Source: a virus
Taxonomy: Duplodnaviria; Caudoviricetes
DNA length: 57,733 nt
Reading direction: 5' to 3' (one strand)
IMG/VR virus record: IMGVR_UViG_3300015202_000010
Coordinates: 1-57,733 of that record
The notes under the pieces are model-generated. The model did not search any database, had not been told where the DNA came from, and worked only from the letters and a program-made list of their open reading frames with translations. A program made the translations under genes and the position numbers. Positions 8,304 to 17,288 of the stretch are shown one piece after another. The first letter of the stretch is position 1. Each line of letters starts with the position of its first letter.

Positions 8304-8434
8304 CACATCAGCAGCATCGCCAGCGTCGGAAAAAGAAAAAGCCAAAAGGCAATCCATCGGAGGCTGCACCCGATATAGAGCGCGACGCCGACCGACGACG
8401 CCCAGGTCAAAATAAGAGCGTGTTTGACCTTCAT
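8303..8434 (-). CDS. 43-aa two-TM peptide
   Basis: MKVKHALILTWASSVGVALYIGCSLRWIAFWLFLFPTLAMLLM*; ATGA-coupled. Confidence 0.5.
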   Translation of the reverse strand: MKVKHALILTWASSVGVALYIGCSLRWIAFWLFLFPTLAMLLM

Positions 8435-8649
8435 TCTTCGCCGAGCGTGACCGGCTCCTCGTCTCCGAGCATATAAATTGTATTCTGGGTCTCGACCAAC
8501 TTCTTCTCGAGGTCTTGCTTGATGATGTTGCTGGACTCAATTTTCGCTCCGTCTGGTCCCATCGGGTGTCCGTAAACTTTGCCGATAATTCGATTGTCTA
8601 AAATGAACCATTGCTCAATTCTCACCACGGGTTTCGGATTTGCTTTCAT
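8431..8649 (-). CDS. Conserved small phage protein
   Basis: GKVYGHP...DG..I..S.I...VETQNTIY.L motif; GGGAG RBS. Confidence 0.75.
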   Translation of the reverse strand: MKANPKPVVRIEQWFILDNRIIGKVYGHPMGPDGAKIESSNIIKQDLEKKLVETQNTIYMLGDEEPVTLGEE

Positions 8650-8697
8650 GCTTCACTCCCTTTTGGGTCATGATAGTACGATAAAGCAAAAAGCCCA

Positions 8698-8934
8698 CTA
8701 TTTTTTACCCTTCAATTCCTTTTTCATAGACTCATAAAAAATACCACAGGTCTCGCCCATCAAGCTGGCGACTGAGCTGAGTTGGTCTCCGGCCTTAAAA
8801 TATTTCTGATGAAAGTCGCCTCTGAATCCAACGTAAATGTAGGTCATGGAGACTGGTATGGTGAGAGTCGCAATCGCGTGAGAGTCCATTTTCTTTTCGT
8901 AAACGACGCATTCTGTTGGATGTAAGGTAATCAT
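8698..8934 (-). CDS. Hypothetical protein
   Basis: Coupled ORF. Confidence 0.55.
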   Translation of the reverse strand: MITLHPTECVVYEKKMDSHAIATLTIPVSMTYIYVGFRGDFHQKYFKAGDQLSSVASLMGETCGIFYESMKKELKGKK

Positions 8935-9229
8935 TTATCAGCTCTTAGTTTTTCGATCTCTTCACGAGCCGAAGCGAGTCCGTATCTTGCGGTCGTATGA
9001 CATTTTGATAGGTGCTCATCTATTGCCTTTAGCGCAATGTTTAGCTGCTGTTTGGAGTTGTCATAGATTGCAGACATAAAATCATGGCAGGTGTCGAAAC
9101 CTTCGGCGAGTCCCGGCAAAAACTCTCCGTTGTCGTCGCGGCAAAATATAAATTGCCGGAGTCTACGGCTGAGTCTCTCTTCGAGTAGCTTTCTAAAATT
9201 TCGTAAGCTTCTTCCAAATCCGTTTTCAT
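8931..9229 (-). CDS. Hypothetical protein, probably one gene broken by a frameshift near 9120
   Basis: 9041..9229 has AAGGAG RBS; 8931..9119 has a coupled stop; the two join at a T5 run. Confidence 0.35.
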
Positions 9230-9251
9230 AATTTCTCCTTATTTTTAGATT

Positions 9252-9341
9252 TCATCTCGCCATACCGGTAATTATCAAAAATGCAATCAGTCCAAAGACG
9301 TTTATCGACAAAGATACTCCTAAAATAATGTGCTCGATCAT
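9252..9341 (-). CDS. 29-aa TM peptide
   Basis: MIEHIILGVSLSINVFGLIAFLIITGMAR*; ATGA-coupled. Confidence 0.45.
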   Translation of the reverse strand: MIEHIILGVSLSINVFGLIAFLIITGMAR

Positions 9342-9571
9342 TCTGCCCTCTCTATTTCTTCTCGCATCGCTTGCGCGAGAGCTTTCTCGGTCGTAAGTCT
9401 TATTCTCTCGTGAGTCTGCCAATGCGTTTTGCACGGAGAATCTTCTTGAAATTTATCTTTATCGTATCTAATAACATTTGCATCGTGCGCTTCGTTGAGA
9501 GCCACGCTGAGTGCTAAAGTCAATTTTCTCAATCGTGCATAATGAAATCGGACCTGCTTCGGCGTCGCCAT
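9338..9571 (-). CDS. Hypothetical protein
   Basis: Likely start ATG 9571 (MATPKQV), TGATG-coupled. Confidence 0.55.
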   Translation of the reverse strand: MATPKQVRFHYARLRKLTLALSVALNEAHDANVIRYDKDKFQEDSPCKTHWQTHERIRLTTEKALAQAMREEIERAE

Positions 9572-9942
9572 CAGAAAAGCTCCGCTTGCTCGGTCTGATG
9601 AAATCCTTTGCCGTCGCAATATTTGCATGGGACTCTTTTTGATTTTTTAAAATTGATGGGTAGATTTTTCGTGCAATCCCAAAGTATGACGGTCATCCCG
9701 GTAACGGAGCAAATTCTTTTGCCGACCTCGGTAAAAACTCCCATGTCTCTCAACTCTGTAAATCTAGCTCGAGATTGAGTGATGTTTCGCATCGGAGATC
9801 CTTGATTCATTATTTGAAAAGCTTCTGCGGACGTGATCGGACCGTTTTCGTATACAGTTTTGTATACTTGCCATCGTCTCGCGCTCAAAAGACCGTTCTC
9901 TTTAATTGTGTTGTAAGCTTCGATGCTCGTTTGTCTCGTCAC
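9571..9942 (-). CDS. Winged-helix-like DNA-binding protein
   Basis: TSIEAY...QVY...GPIT..E...ARFTEL..G.....KRICSVTG pattern; C-terminal CxxC. Confidence 0.65.
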   Translation of the reverse strand: MTRQTSIEAYNTIKENGLLSARRWQVYKTVYENGPITSAEAFQIMNQGSPMRNITQSRARFTELRDMGVFTEVGKRICSVTGMTVILWDCTKNLPINFKKSKRVPCKYCDGKGFHQTEQAELF

Positions 9943-10190
9943 TCGTCTTTCTCCTCAATTGTAGATTGTAAAAGGTCGTAAGCTTGGCCCATAGTTTTTA
10001 CTCTCTCGCGCAAAGCCAAAACCTCTAAGTTTCGCGCTCTCCAACCGTTTCTAAAACCCTCTTCGTAAAACTTATTCGCTCCGCAACGGTTGTCGTCGCA
10101 ATAATAATGAAGATCGCCTGGGCTTTTGCAAAGCTTCTCGAGTTTCGCCTCATTCATTATTTGATTGCGTCTTTGCTGGCTGCTGCTCAC
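9939..10190 (-). CDS. Hypothetical protein
   Basis: Coupled ORF. Confidence 0.55.
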   Translation of the reverse strand: MSSSQQRRNQIMNEAKLEKLCKSPGDLHYYCDDNRCGANKFYEEGFRNGWRARNLEVLALRERVKTMGQAYDLLQSTIEEKDE

Positions 10191-10492
10191 TCGTTCTCCG
10201 ACTTTTTATTAGACTCCCAAATCCATCGAACCGGCTGAGTGCAATCAGGGCAATGATCGAGCCTTCTGGGAATATCTTTTTTTATGTAATCTTTGAACTT
10301 ATACTCGGTGTAAATCTCTTCCACTTTCGTTTTGGAGTTGATTTTCTTATTCACCTTGAATTCGTATCTCGTGCATTTTGTCGATGTGCAAATAGCAACC
10401 AAAGTCTTTGTCTTTCCTAAAGCGATCGCTCCGAAATGCTCAGAGCCTTTGTTTGTGAGTCCGACAGACTCTAAATAAATTGCTTGTGACAT
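10187..10492 (-). CDS. Zn-ribbon-like hypothetical protein
   Basis: CxxxxC and CPDC; GGAG RBS. Confidence 0.6.
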   Translation of the reverse strand: MSQAIYLESVGLTNKGSEHFGAIALGKTKTLVAICTSTKCTRYEFKVNKKINSKTKVEEIYTEYKFKDYIKKDIPRRLDHCPDCTQPVRWIWESNKKSENE

Positions 10493-10501
10493 TGTTTCTC
10501 C

Positions 10502-11605
10502 CTAGTAACTTAGTTTTGTGTAAGGAATTTTACCGGTAGCGAGCGCGAAAATAATCGACTTCGCTTGATCCTCGGTGAGACCTTCGACGTTTTGGTTTAT
10601 TGCGGCCAAAATCTCATTATTGACCTTTTTCTTGTGCTCTCGATCGGCGAGACGTTTTTTCTCGGCCAATAAAACTGCCTCTTTTTCTCGCTCAACTTTC
10701 GCTCTCTCGGCCTCCACCGCTGCGACTTTATCGCGCTCGGCTTTCTCCTCGGCGTCTCGGGCTCTGACCTCGGCGTCGATCTTGGCTTTTTCAGCGGCGT
10801 AGATGCGAGCCTCTTGGTCTTGTTTGTCTTTTAGAGCCTTCTGGCGCTCGATTTCTGCTGCCAACGCAACTTTCTCCGACTCAACCCTGGCGAGACGTTC
10901 AGATTCGATTCTGGCGCGTTCTGCGGCTTCTGCGGCGATCTTGTCGTCACGCTCTTTCTGGACGCGAGCGGCTTCGGCGGCGCGGAGTCTCTCTAGCTCG
11001 AGTTTCTCGGCCTCCTGTTTCTGCTTTTGAGACAGAAGATCCTTCAGCTTCGATAAAGCCTCCTCGTAAGCCGTTTTCGCTCTCATTTCGAACTCATCCC
11101 AAAGCTCATTGCTCTGACTTCGCTTCGTCAAAAGGTCGATGTCCTCCTGAATATTCACAGAGCTGACCTTCGTGAAATTCTCAGAAAGGTATTTTGCTGC
11201 GTCCGCTATGACTTTGAGCTGTGCTTCAAACCCAGCGATGCGTTTCTCTTCTTTCGTCTCCCAAAGAGTAAGAGGCTCTCGAACCTCGTCTTTGAGTTTG
11301 TCTAGCTCGTCGCGAGCAATTTTTCTCTCGCCGTTGATGGCGTCGAGTTTTTTCTTGGCGTCCTCGCCGAGTTGTTTACCCAGGTCGTCTAAATAGGTTT
11401 TTGACCTGGCAACCTTGTGCGCGAGCGATGCGACTTCTTTTCGGCCTTTTGGTGTTGAGATGTCGAGTTTTATCGCTTTTACCTCAACCTTGATTTTCTC
11501 GAGGATGCTTTGAATTTTTCCGGAGCTATAAATCTCGGCTGGAGTCATCGTCTCGATAATCGCAAGTTGGCTTATTGTTTTTGTTACTTCTTGGTCAGTC
11601 ATCAT
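10502..11605 (-). CDS. Long coiled-coil phage protein (TolA-like composition)
   Basis: DISTPKGRKEVASLAHKVARSKT...VREPLT.WE...IPYTKLSY, a family commonly found beside phage recombinases. Confidence 0.8.
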   Translation of the reverse strand: MMTDQEVTKTISQLAIIETMTPAEIYSSGKIQSILEKIKVEVKAIKLDISTPKGRKEVASLAHKVARSKTYLDDLGKQLGEDAKKKLDAINGERKIARDELDKLKDEVREPLTLWETKEEKRIAGFEAQLKVIADAAKYLSENFTKVSSVNIQEDIDLLTKRSQSNELWDEFEMRAKTAYEEALSKLKDLLSQKQKQEAEKLELERLRAAEAARVQKERDDKIAAEAAERARIESERLARVESEKVALAAEIERQKALKDKQDQEARIYAAEKAKIDAEVRARDAEEKAERDKVAAVEAERAKVEREKEAVLLAEKKRLADREHKKKVNNEILAAINQNVEGLTEDQAKSIIFALATGKIPYTKLSY

Positions 11606-11850
11606 GCTCTCCGAATTTTTTTGACGTTGAATATTTCCACAAATACGAATCCGCGAGACTCGATGCTCGCTTTGACTTTTGGAAATCTCTCACAAAACTT
11701 AAACCAACCGATTTGACCGCTTTCGATATGGTGCCGACGACAGAGCGGAATCCATTCGTTGTCGTCCCAGCTAGATCCACTTGCCCTCGTGAGAATATGG
11801 GCTCTGTCAACGACTCCATGCTGCCCGCACGCTTCACAAAGTCCCTCCAT
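11602..11850 (-). CDS. Small HNH-like Zn-binding protein
   Basis: CEACG...DRAHI...IPLCRRHH. Confidence 0.7.
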   Translation of the reverse strand: MEGLCEACGQHGVVDRAHILTRASGSSWDDNEWIPLCRRHHIESGQIGWFKFCERFPKVKASIESRGFVFVEIFNVKKIRRA

Positions 11851-12613
11851 GTTCGGCCTCGGGCTTTTTCATCATCGCTTCGATTTTCTCGAGAGTTGGA
11901 TTTACGTCTTTCATCAACTCTCCGGTTTTTGGATCTGGCATATTATTGACGTCGTACTCCATAATCTGAACGCCCGAGATAACTTCTGGGGCCGCGTCTT
12001 TTATACACCAACCTCGAGTTCGCATTTGCAACATTCTACCCGGATAAGACTTCCAAATATTTTTCGACCATAAACCGGCTCGCTCGGCGTCCGGCTTAGT
12101 GAAAGATCTTTCGATAGGATCTTTGCCGACAATTTTAATCACACAAGTCGCGCCCCAAGGCTCCACTCCAAGATTTTTATTCTCTTTTGTGATCTCGAGA
12201 TAATTCTTGTCGTAAACCGATTCTTTGATCCATTCGAGTTTGTTCGATCGGTTCAAAAGAGCGAGCGGTAATTCACCCCAAATGGACAAAAGACCGTTCA
12301 CGATAAAACATTGTCGAATTCCGACGACGGGATCAATCTCAAAACGCTTCAAAAATTGAAAGGCCATCATGACCTGAATCGGTTTCGTGAAAACTTTCGG
12401 GACCGCGCTCGATGCGATCATCATGTCGGCGAGTCGAAACTCTTCGTTCGAGTCCTTGAGATCGAGTAAACCTTTTTCGTTTAGTCCGATAACAGATTTC
12501 GGAGCCTTGGCTTTTTGCGTAGGCGGTGCCGGCTTTTCTTCTGGTTTCTCTTCAGGCGTGACCTCTTCGTCCATGAAGGGGACTTCTTCGTCTTGCATTT
12601 GTTCTTCGCTCAT
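11834..12613 (-). CDS. RecT-like single-strand annealing protein
   Basis: DAERAGLW...WKSYPGRMLQMR...KDAAPEVISG; follows RecE-like gene. Confidence 0.8.
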   Translation of the reverse strand: MSEEQMQDEEVPFMDEEVTPEEKPEEKPAPPTQKAKAPKSVIGLNEKGLLDLKDSNEEFRLADMMIASSAVPKVFTKPIQVMMAFQFLKRFEIDPVVGIRQCFIVNGLLSIWGELPLALLNRSNKLEWIKESVYDKNYLEITKENKNLGVEPWGATCVIKIVGKDPIERSFTKPDAERAGLWSKNIWKSYPGRMLQMRTRGWCIKDAAPEVISGVQIMEYDVNNMPDPKTGELMKDVNPTLEKIEAMMKKPEAEHGGTL

Positions 12614-12631
12614 AATTTTCTCCTTTGTTTT

Positions 12632-13471
12632 TTATTCTTTGCCATATTTCTCTGCGAACCAATCTCCCGCACTCACCATCGTCGGTCTTGGATCATAACA
12701 AGGCCAGATCCCGCTCGCTTTCGCGTCTGCATAGTTTTTTACAAGTCTGTCGCGGTGAAATTTAGAAACCTCTAAATCAGCTTTCTCCATCACCTTCACG
12801 CTGATTCCGTAAGGCGGCTCTTTCTCGATGAAAAGAAAGTTGAAAGAGTCCGGCATACAAACTCCGGTGGCCTCCGCGCCAGAAGAATAATGTCCGGCCT
12901 GTAGAAAATATAAAAGGTCATCCGAGAAAACAGCTTTCCATGCGTTCTCTGGTTTTGCGTCTCGAGTTGTTTTGATGTCGACAGGAATGCCGTCTGTGGT
13001 GATGAAATCGTATCGAGCCTTGCAGAGAATGCCGGTCTTTGGGTCCTCCCAATATAAACAAACCTCGCGCATTCCCGTAGTCAAAAGCGGAGCCGCTGTC
13101 TCGTGATTCGAGATCGCGTTCAGCATTCCCGTGATCTGAGTCATCCACTCTTCTTTCACGACGATGTCGCCCTCTTTCAAGTTGAAATCAAACTCGGCAT
13201 CAGCGGACTTACCAACATTCGTGCGTCGGTCAAACTTTGGCTTCACCTTCATGAAATCTTTAAATCGAGACGGCTCCAACAGAGCGGCGTGAAAAGCAGA
13301 TCCAAAAAGCAAAGCCTCGGTCGGCTCTTTCTCGTCTTGTTTGTCCAAATACGCTTTCGCGTGCGCCGGAGAGTCGTGAAGTTTTTTGATGAGAGAAGCG
13401 TTCAGCGCATCGACTTTCGCATACTCCTCGTAAGATTGGTCTTGAATCAATTTTCCTAACTGTAATTCCAT
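12632..13471 (-). CDS. RecE/exonuclease VIII-like PD-(D/E)XK nuclease (DUF3799)
   Basis: GSAFHAALLEP, CKARYD, DIKTT, YFLQAGHY, EKEPPY motifs. Confidence 0.85.
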   Translation of the reverse strand: MELQLGKLIQDQSYEEYAKVDALNASLIKKLHDSPAHAKAYLDKQDEKEPTEALLFGSAFHAALLEPSRFKDFMKVKPKFDRRTNVGKSADAEFDFNLKEGDIVVKEEWMTQITGMLNAISNHETAAPLLTTGMREVCLYWEDPKTGILCKARYDFITTDGIPVDIKTTRDAKPENAWKAVFSDDLLYFLQAGHYSSGAEATGVCMPDSFNFLFIEKEPPYGISVKVMEKADLEVSKFHRDRLVKNYADAKASGIWPCYDPRPTMVSAGDWFAEKYGKE

Positions 13472-13714
13472 TTAGTGTGTTCCTTTCGATAACTCTCGGT
13501 CGATCATCTCGCTCATTTCTTCGTCGGTAATTTGCGCGACCCAAGTTGGTTGTTGTTGATTCACCTGAATCATCATCCGACTTAAAAAAGACATTGAAAC
13601 GTCTATGTGCTGGCCGCAATCATCGCAGTCGGCTGCGTGTTCGTTGAAAGTCGTCACCATCATCATCAAAATGTCTAGATCGGCGCGATTAATTTGTATC
13701 TGTGCTGTTATCAA
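13472..13714 (-). CDS. Hypothetical protein
   Basis: HxxxCxxC; TTGA-coupled start. Confidence 0.55.
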   Translation of the reverse strand: MITAQIQINRADLDILMMMVTTFNEHAADCDDCGQHIDVSMSFLSRMMIQVNQQQPTWVAQITDEEMSEMIDRELSKGTH

Positions 13715-14565
13715 TGGGACACCTCTTGTGCGAATGATGAAACGTGGCTTATTTTTTTAATATAAAAGCGCCCGATCTTAGGATGGATATAAATGTAATT
13801 CTGTTGAGTTTGCTTTTTAAGAGCGGACTCTCTGACGAGGCGATTTCTTGCCTCTTTAAGACCTTCTATTTGAAAAACCTCTTTTGCGTAAAGTTTGCCC
13901 TTTTCGTCTGTGTATTTATAAACCGATACAGAGTGGGCGATGTGGTGTAAAAATGCCGAGATGTTTTGAGTCGTAACCGAGTCTTGAAAAATATTCGTTC
14001 GAATCCACTCGAGAGTCTCGCAGCCTTGTGGAAATTGATTCACCTTCTCGATTTTGAGCTGACTTTGAAGCTGTTCGTATTTAGCGTCAACTCTTTGGGA
14101 GACCTCAGAGATTTGGTCTTGCGCCTTTTGAGCCACTTGCTCAACTTTTATTTCGACCGATGACATTCTTCGCTCTTGCTCCTGAAGAGCCTGTGCTGAC
14201 GCAATAATCATATCAAGCTGTGACATAGGTTTTACAGCGTAAGATCCAGTTTTGCGGATAGTTGGCAAAACTTCTTTAGTCACCCACCGTCGAAATGGCG
14301 CCGCTTGCGGCTTATTGGATCTCATAATCAAGGTATATAGCCCTGACTCGTTAACCGATAACTTCTTTTGCGCACCCCCAAGGGTATCGGAAAACACGAT
14401 ACCCTTTTCGTCGTCATCAAGACGCGAAACGGCGTCACTGTGATTCTCGATTCCAATTATTTCGCAAATATTCGATGCCTCCCACCAAGGGTTTCCGCTC
14501 TCATCAAGATGTATCTTTACTTTGCTTCCTTCAAAAATCAGTTCCTGCGTCATTACTTCGTTCAT
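13711..14565 (-). CDS. BRO-N domain antirepressor-like protein
   Basis: GNPWW...LDDDEKG...VNESGLY.LI..S.KP.A..FRRWVT.EVLPTIRKTGSY. Confidence 0.9.
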   Translation of the reverse strand: MNEVMTQELIFEGSKVKIHLDESGNPWWEASNICEIIGIENHSDAVSRLDDDEKGIVFSDTLGGAQKKLSVNESGLYTLIMRSNKPQAAPFRRWVTKEVLPTIRKTGSYAVKPMSQLDMIIASAQALQEQERRMSSVEIKVEQVAQKAQDQISEVSQRVDAKYEQLQSQLKIEKVNQFPQGCETLEWIRTNIFQDSVTTQNISAFLHHIAHSVSVYKYTDEKGKLYAKEVFQIEGLKEARNRLVRESALKKQTQQNYIYIHPKIGRFYIKKISHVSSFAQEVSH

Positions 14566-14975
14566 AAAACTCCCATGTGTTTTTTAGCATCCATAATTTT
14601 CTTCTCTTCCATCTCTTTCGGACTCAAATCAAAATACCCGGCGGCTCTCAATAAAATTTGTCCAATAGCCGTATCAAAAAGTCTGTCCTCGTCTCGCTTC
14701 AATTGTTTTCTCTCTGATGGAGACGGCTCCTTTGAGAAAAAAACATCGTGCCACTCGCTATTGATCAGAATACGGCGCATGATTTCGTACAGTTCTCGGC
14801 CCTCTCGGGCTCGCAAAAGTCGAGGGCTTTGGTTCAGGTGGTAAAACTGAATCGCCGCCTCCCCCAGAAAGTCGTCGAGCGTGTATTGCCCAGTCTGGGT
14901 GAAGAGGACGATCAAGCTCCTCAAAACCTCCAGCTCTCGATTGGTTGGCAACTCCGATGTTGTATTCTTTTTCAT
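14562..14975 (-). CDS. Hypothetical protein overlapping the helicase 3' end
   Basis: Likely ATG 14975 with AAGGGA RBS; stop ATGA-coupled to BRO gene. Confidence 0.55.
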   Translation of the reverse strand: MKKNTTSELPTNRELEVLRSLIVLFTQTGQYTLDDFLGEAAIQFYHLNQSPRLLRAREGRELYEIMRRILINSEWHDVFFSKEPSPSERKQLKRDEDRLFDTAIGQILLRAAGYFDLSPKEMEEKKIMDAKKHMGVL

Positions 14976-15846
14976 AAGTTCCCTTTCTCGGACTAAAAAT
15001 AACTTTCGCCGAAAATCTTGTAGCGGTTCCGTCGATACGATTTTTCGGAACTCGAAAATAAGTTTCAAAGCCTTGACCGTCTGGAGTCATCTGCCCTGGC
15101 GCGATCGTAATTATCTTTGTTGCGATTTTATAGAAATCACTCGAGCCATGAAACTCCTCCAAGCCGCTTACGAGATCGTCATTGTAGCGGTCTTTCTTTC
15201 GAAGGTGTCCGATGAGAACGATCGGCTTTTGTAACTCGAGCGCAAGGGTTCTCGCGGTTTTCATGACGTTTTTGATTGCGCGGTTTTCGTTGTCGTCGTC
15301 GAAATCAAAATAATGAATGTGATCGACAATAATCAAATCCGTATCTTGCGCGATACTCATAACTTGTTTTACGAACTCGTCAGATCCGAAATCTCCGTTT
15401 TTGTAAAAAAGAAAAATATCTCGATAAGCTTTTTCAAAAAATTCGTTTGCGGTTTTTTCGTATTCTTCCATCTCGCCAATCAAATGTCCCATGACCCAAT
15501 TTCTAAAATTGAGAGGTTTCGACAGAGGTTTTCTAACAGGATCGCGATAATATAAATCCGCGACCATCGGATATTTCATACGCTGCTCGATTTCATTTTC
15601 GCTCGCCTCGAGAGCCATAAAGTGAACTTTCTTTCCGGCAGCAATGTTGGCGATCGCAAGGTTACAACAAAATTGAGTTTTACCCGCGCCGCTCGGTGCT
15701 CCGACGCCGATCAAGTCAGCCGGTAAAATACCGCCGGTCGCCTCGTCTAGAAAACAAACTCCGAAACTCAAAATTCTTTTGGGGAGAAGTCGGCGCTCCT
15801 CGAGTTCTGAGTAGGCAGCATCACTTACTGGTCGAAAATTTGTCAT
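14758..15846 (-). CDS. DnaB-like replicative helicase
   Basis: Walker A GAPSGAGKT, ALE, IIVDHIH, IGHLRK, GSS motifs. Confidence 0.85.
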   Translation of the reverse strand: MTNFRPVSDAAYSELEERRLLPKRILSFGVCFLDEATGGILPADLIGVGAPSGAGKTQFCCNLAIANIAAGKKVHFMALEASENEIEQRMKYPMVADLYYRDPVRKPLSKPLNFRNWVMGHLIGEMEEYEKTANEFFEKAYRDIFLFYKNGDFGSDEFVKQVMSIAQDTDLIIVDHIHYFDFDDDNENRAIKNVMKTARTLALELQKPIVLIGHLRKKDRYNDDLVSGLEEFHGSSDFYKIATKIITIAPGQMTPDGQGFETYFRVPKNRIDGTATRFSAKVIFSPRKGTYEKEYNIGVANQSRAGGFEELDRPLHPDWAIHARRLSGGGGDSVLPPEPKPSTFASPRGPRTVRNHAPYSDQ

Positions 15847-16628
15847 GGGTTAAATCCTTTTGGTTTTTGAGGAGGCGGCGTTGTGCGTTTGTCCCAACCG
15901 CGAGTGAGCCAGCCGGTCATGAAAGTCTGCCATCCGCGCTGAGTTTTTCGATTGGCCTTCGGATTGTTGATGAGCCACATATGGGCTTTCGTAATTTCTT
16001 TGGCGATGAAATCTTCGGTAAATGATTTGTGCCAGGTCGCGAAGAGATCGTCCGGCATCTTGGAAACGAATTGCTCGGGGCTTTCAAAAACCCAAGTGAG
16101 TTCTTTACTCCTCGTTTTGGACGCGCCCTTTTTTTTGGGCTCGACTTTCGGATCGGTTTCTGGCGCGTCCGAAGATTGAGATTGAGATCCAGATTCTGAT
16201 TCGGATTGAGATCCAGATACAGATGAAGATGAAGATGAAGATGAAGATGGTTGAAAGGGCTTCGATTCGCTTGAATTGGCTTGAGCTAAGTCATCGGATT
16301 TATTAGACCGCGCAGCGGCGGACTTTTTGCCACCTTTGCTGCCATTCACTTTCGCTTTCTTCAAATAGCTGTATTCTTTTTCGGAGCCTTTGATGTAAAT
16401 CCCACCATCAATTTCGACCGCAAGCTCGCAGCTTAAAAAAGCGTCCGAGTGTGGCATTAATTTGAATTGTTTTTTGTTGATTCGGTTGTCTCTTTTTTCG
16501 GCCTCCTGGCCTAATTTCCAGAAATGCAACGCAAGACCGTCCGCAACGTATTCGTCACCCACAGCTTTGATTAAAAGTCGTCGTCTTGGGTCAACCCACC
16601 AGCGATCGTCGATGTTAATTCTTGCCAT
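15843..16628 (-). CDS. Replication initiator-like protein
   Basis: NGSKGGKKS motif, poly-Ser linker, C-terminal WL...KT..GW..F...WL.R; directly upstream of helicase. Confidence 0.7.
   Translation of the reverse strand: MARINIDDRWWVDPRRRLLIKAVGDEYVADGLALHFWKLGQEAEKRDNRINKKQFKLMPHSDAFLSCELAVEIDGGIYIKGSEKEYSYLKKAKVNGSKGGKKSAAARSNKSDDLAQANSSESKPFQPSSSSSSSSSVSGSQSESESGSQSQSSDAPETDPKVEPKKKGASKTRSKELTWVFESPEQFVSKMPDDLFATWHKSFTEDFIAKEITKAHMWLINNPKANRKTQRGWQTFMTGWLTRGWDKRTTPPPQKPKGFNP
16173..16249. repeat. 6-nt periodic GATnnn repeat including (GATGAA)4
   Basis: gattgagattgagatccagattctgattcggattgagatccagatacagatgaagatgaagatgaagatgaagatg; encodes the Ser-rich linker. Confidence 0.8.
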
Positions 16629-16639
16629 TTTTCTCTCCT

Positions 16640-17050
16640 CTAGTTGTCGTCGGCGTGGTCAGAAACAGTTTCAAAAACTTTTCTCAACGCTTTTTCTTGT
16701 TTGTAAGTTAGATGACCAAATTTCTCGAAGCTCTTCATAACGCTATCGACGAATGACATATCAAAGCCCTTCCAAGCGTTTTCTCGAATGAAAAAGACCA
16801 TGTCCTCGACACTGTTTTCATCGGGGACGACTCTCTCTTTCGGAGCCTCTCTTTTTTGTTTAGGAGGCTCGTAATTATTTTTAAAATTAGGACGTCGATC
16901 GACGTTACCGAAGATTATTAAATCCCAAGTCATATCGTTTTTCTTCAAAAGATCATTCGCAATGCGGATTGCCGAGAGTGCCTCATGATCCTCGGGAGAG
17001 GCCGTGAGCTTCAGAAGTTTTATAATTTTTTCTGTATGTGAAAAACTCAC
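16640..17050 (-). CDS. DUF2786-like domain protein
   Basis: KIIKLLKLTASPEDHEALSAIRIANDLLKK. Confidence 0.7.
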   Translation of the reverse strand: MSFSHTEKIIKLLKLTASPEDHEALSAIRIANDLLKKNDMTWDLIIFGNVDRRPNFKNNYEPPKQKREAPKERVVPDENSVEDMVFFIRENAWKGFDMSFVDSVMKSFEKFGHLTYKQEKALRKVFETVSDHADDN

Positions 17051-17062
17051 GTTTCCTCTCGA

Positions 17063-17213
17063 GAAAGTCTTTACTTTCAGACCACTTCGAGAGAGAAGAT
17101 TTAGAACCGATGGCTCTTAAATCAGTCAGATGAAGTGGAGCTGTTGCCTAAGAGGGAATTCCAGTTCCTGTCTTAGGTTTCAGAAGAGAGGGGATGCAGC
17201 CCCCCCAAAACTG
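17063..17213 (-). ncRNA. Candidate structured leader RNA of the replication operon
   Basis: Four adjacent hairpins fill the intergenic gap. Confidence 0.4.
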
Positions 17214-17262
17214 AACGATAAACTTGCCTGACTTTTCAGCAAAAAAAAAGCGTTATTTTAAG

Positions 17263-17288
17263 AAAAATTAGCCTTTAAAAAAGGCTAA
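17263..17288 (-). terminator. Terminator after the glycosyltransferase gene
   Basis: ttagcctt/aaggctaa inverted repeat followed by T5 on the minus strand. Confidence 0.55.

Noticed and set aside
16173-16249. GATGAA repeat as a definite replication origin
   Set aside because: Can be explained by Ser-linker coding; iteron function is possible but not supportable from sequence alone
17051-17284. tRNA genes in hairpin-rich intergenic gaps
   Set aside because: No cloverleaf with T-loop GTTCRA and D-loop consensus could be built here or in the other gaps
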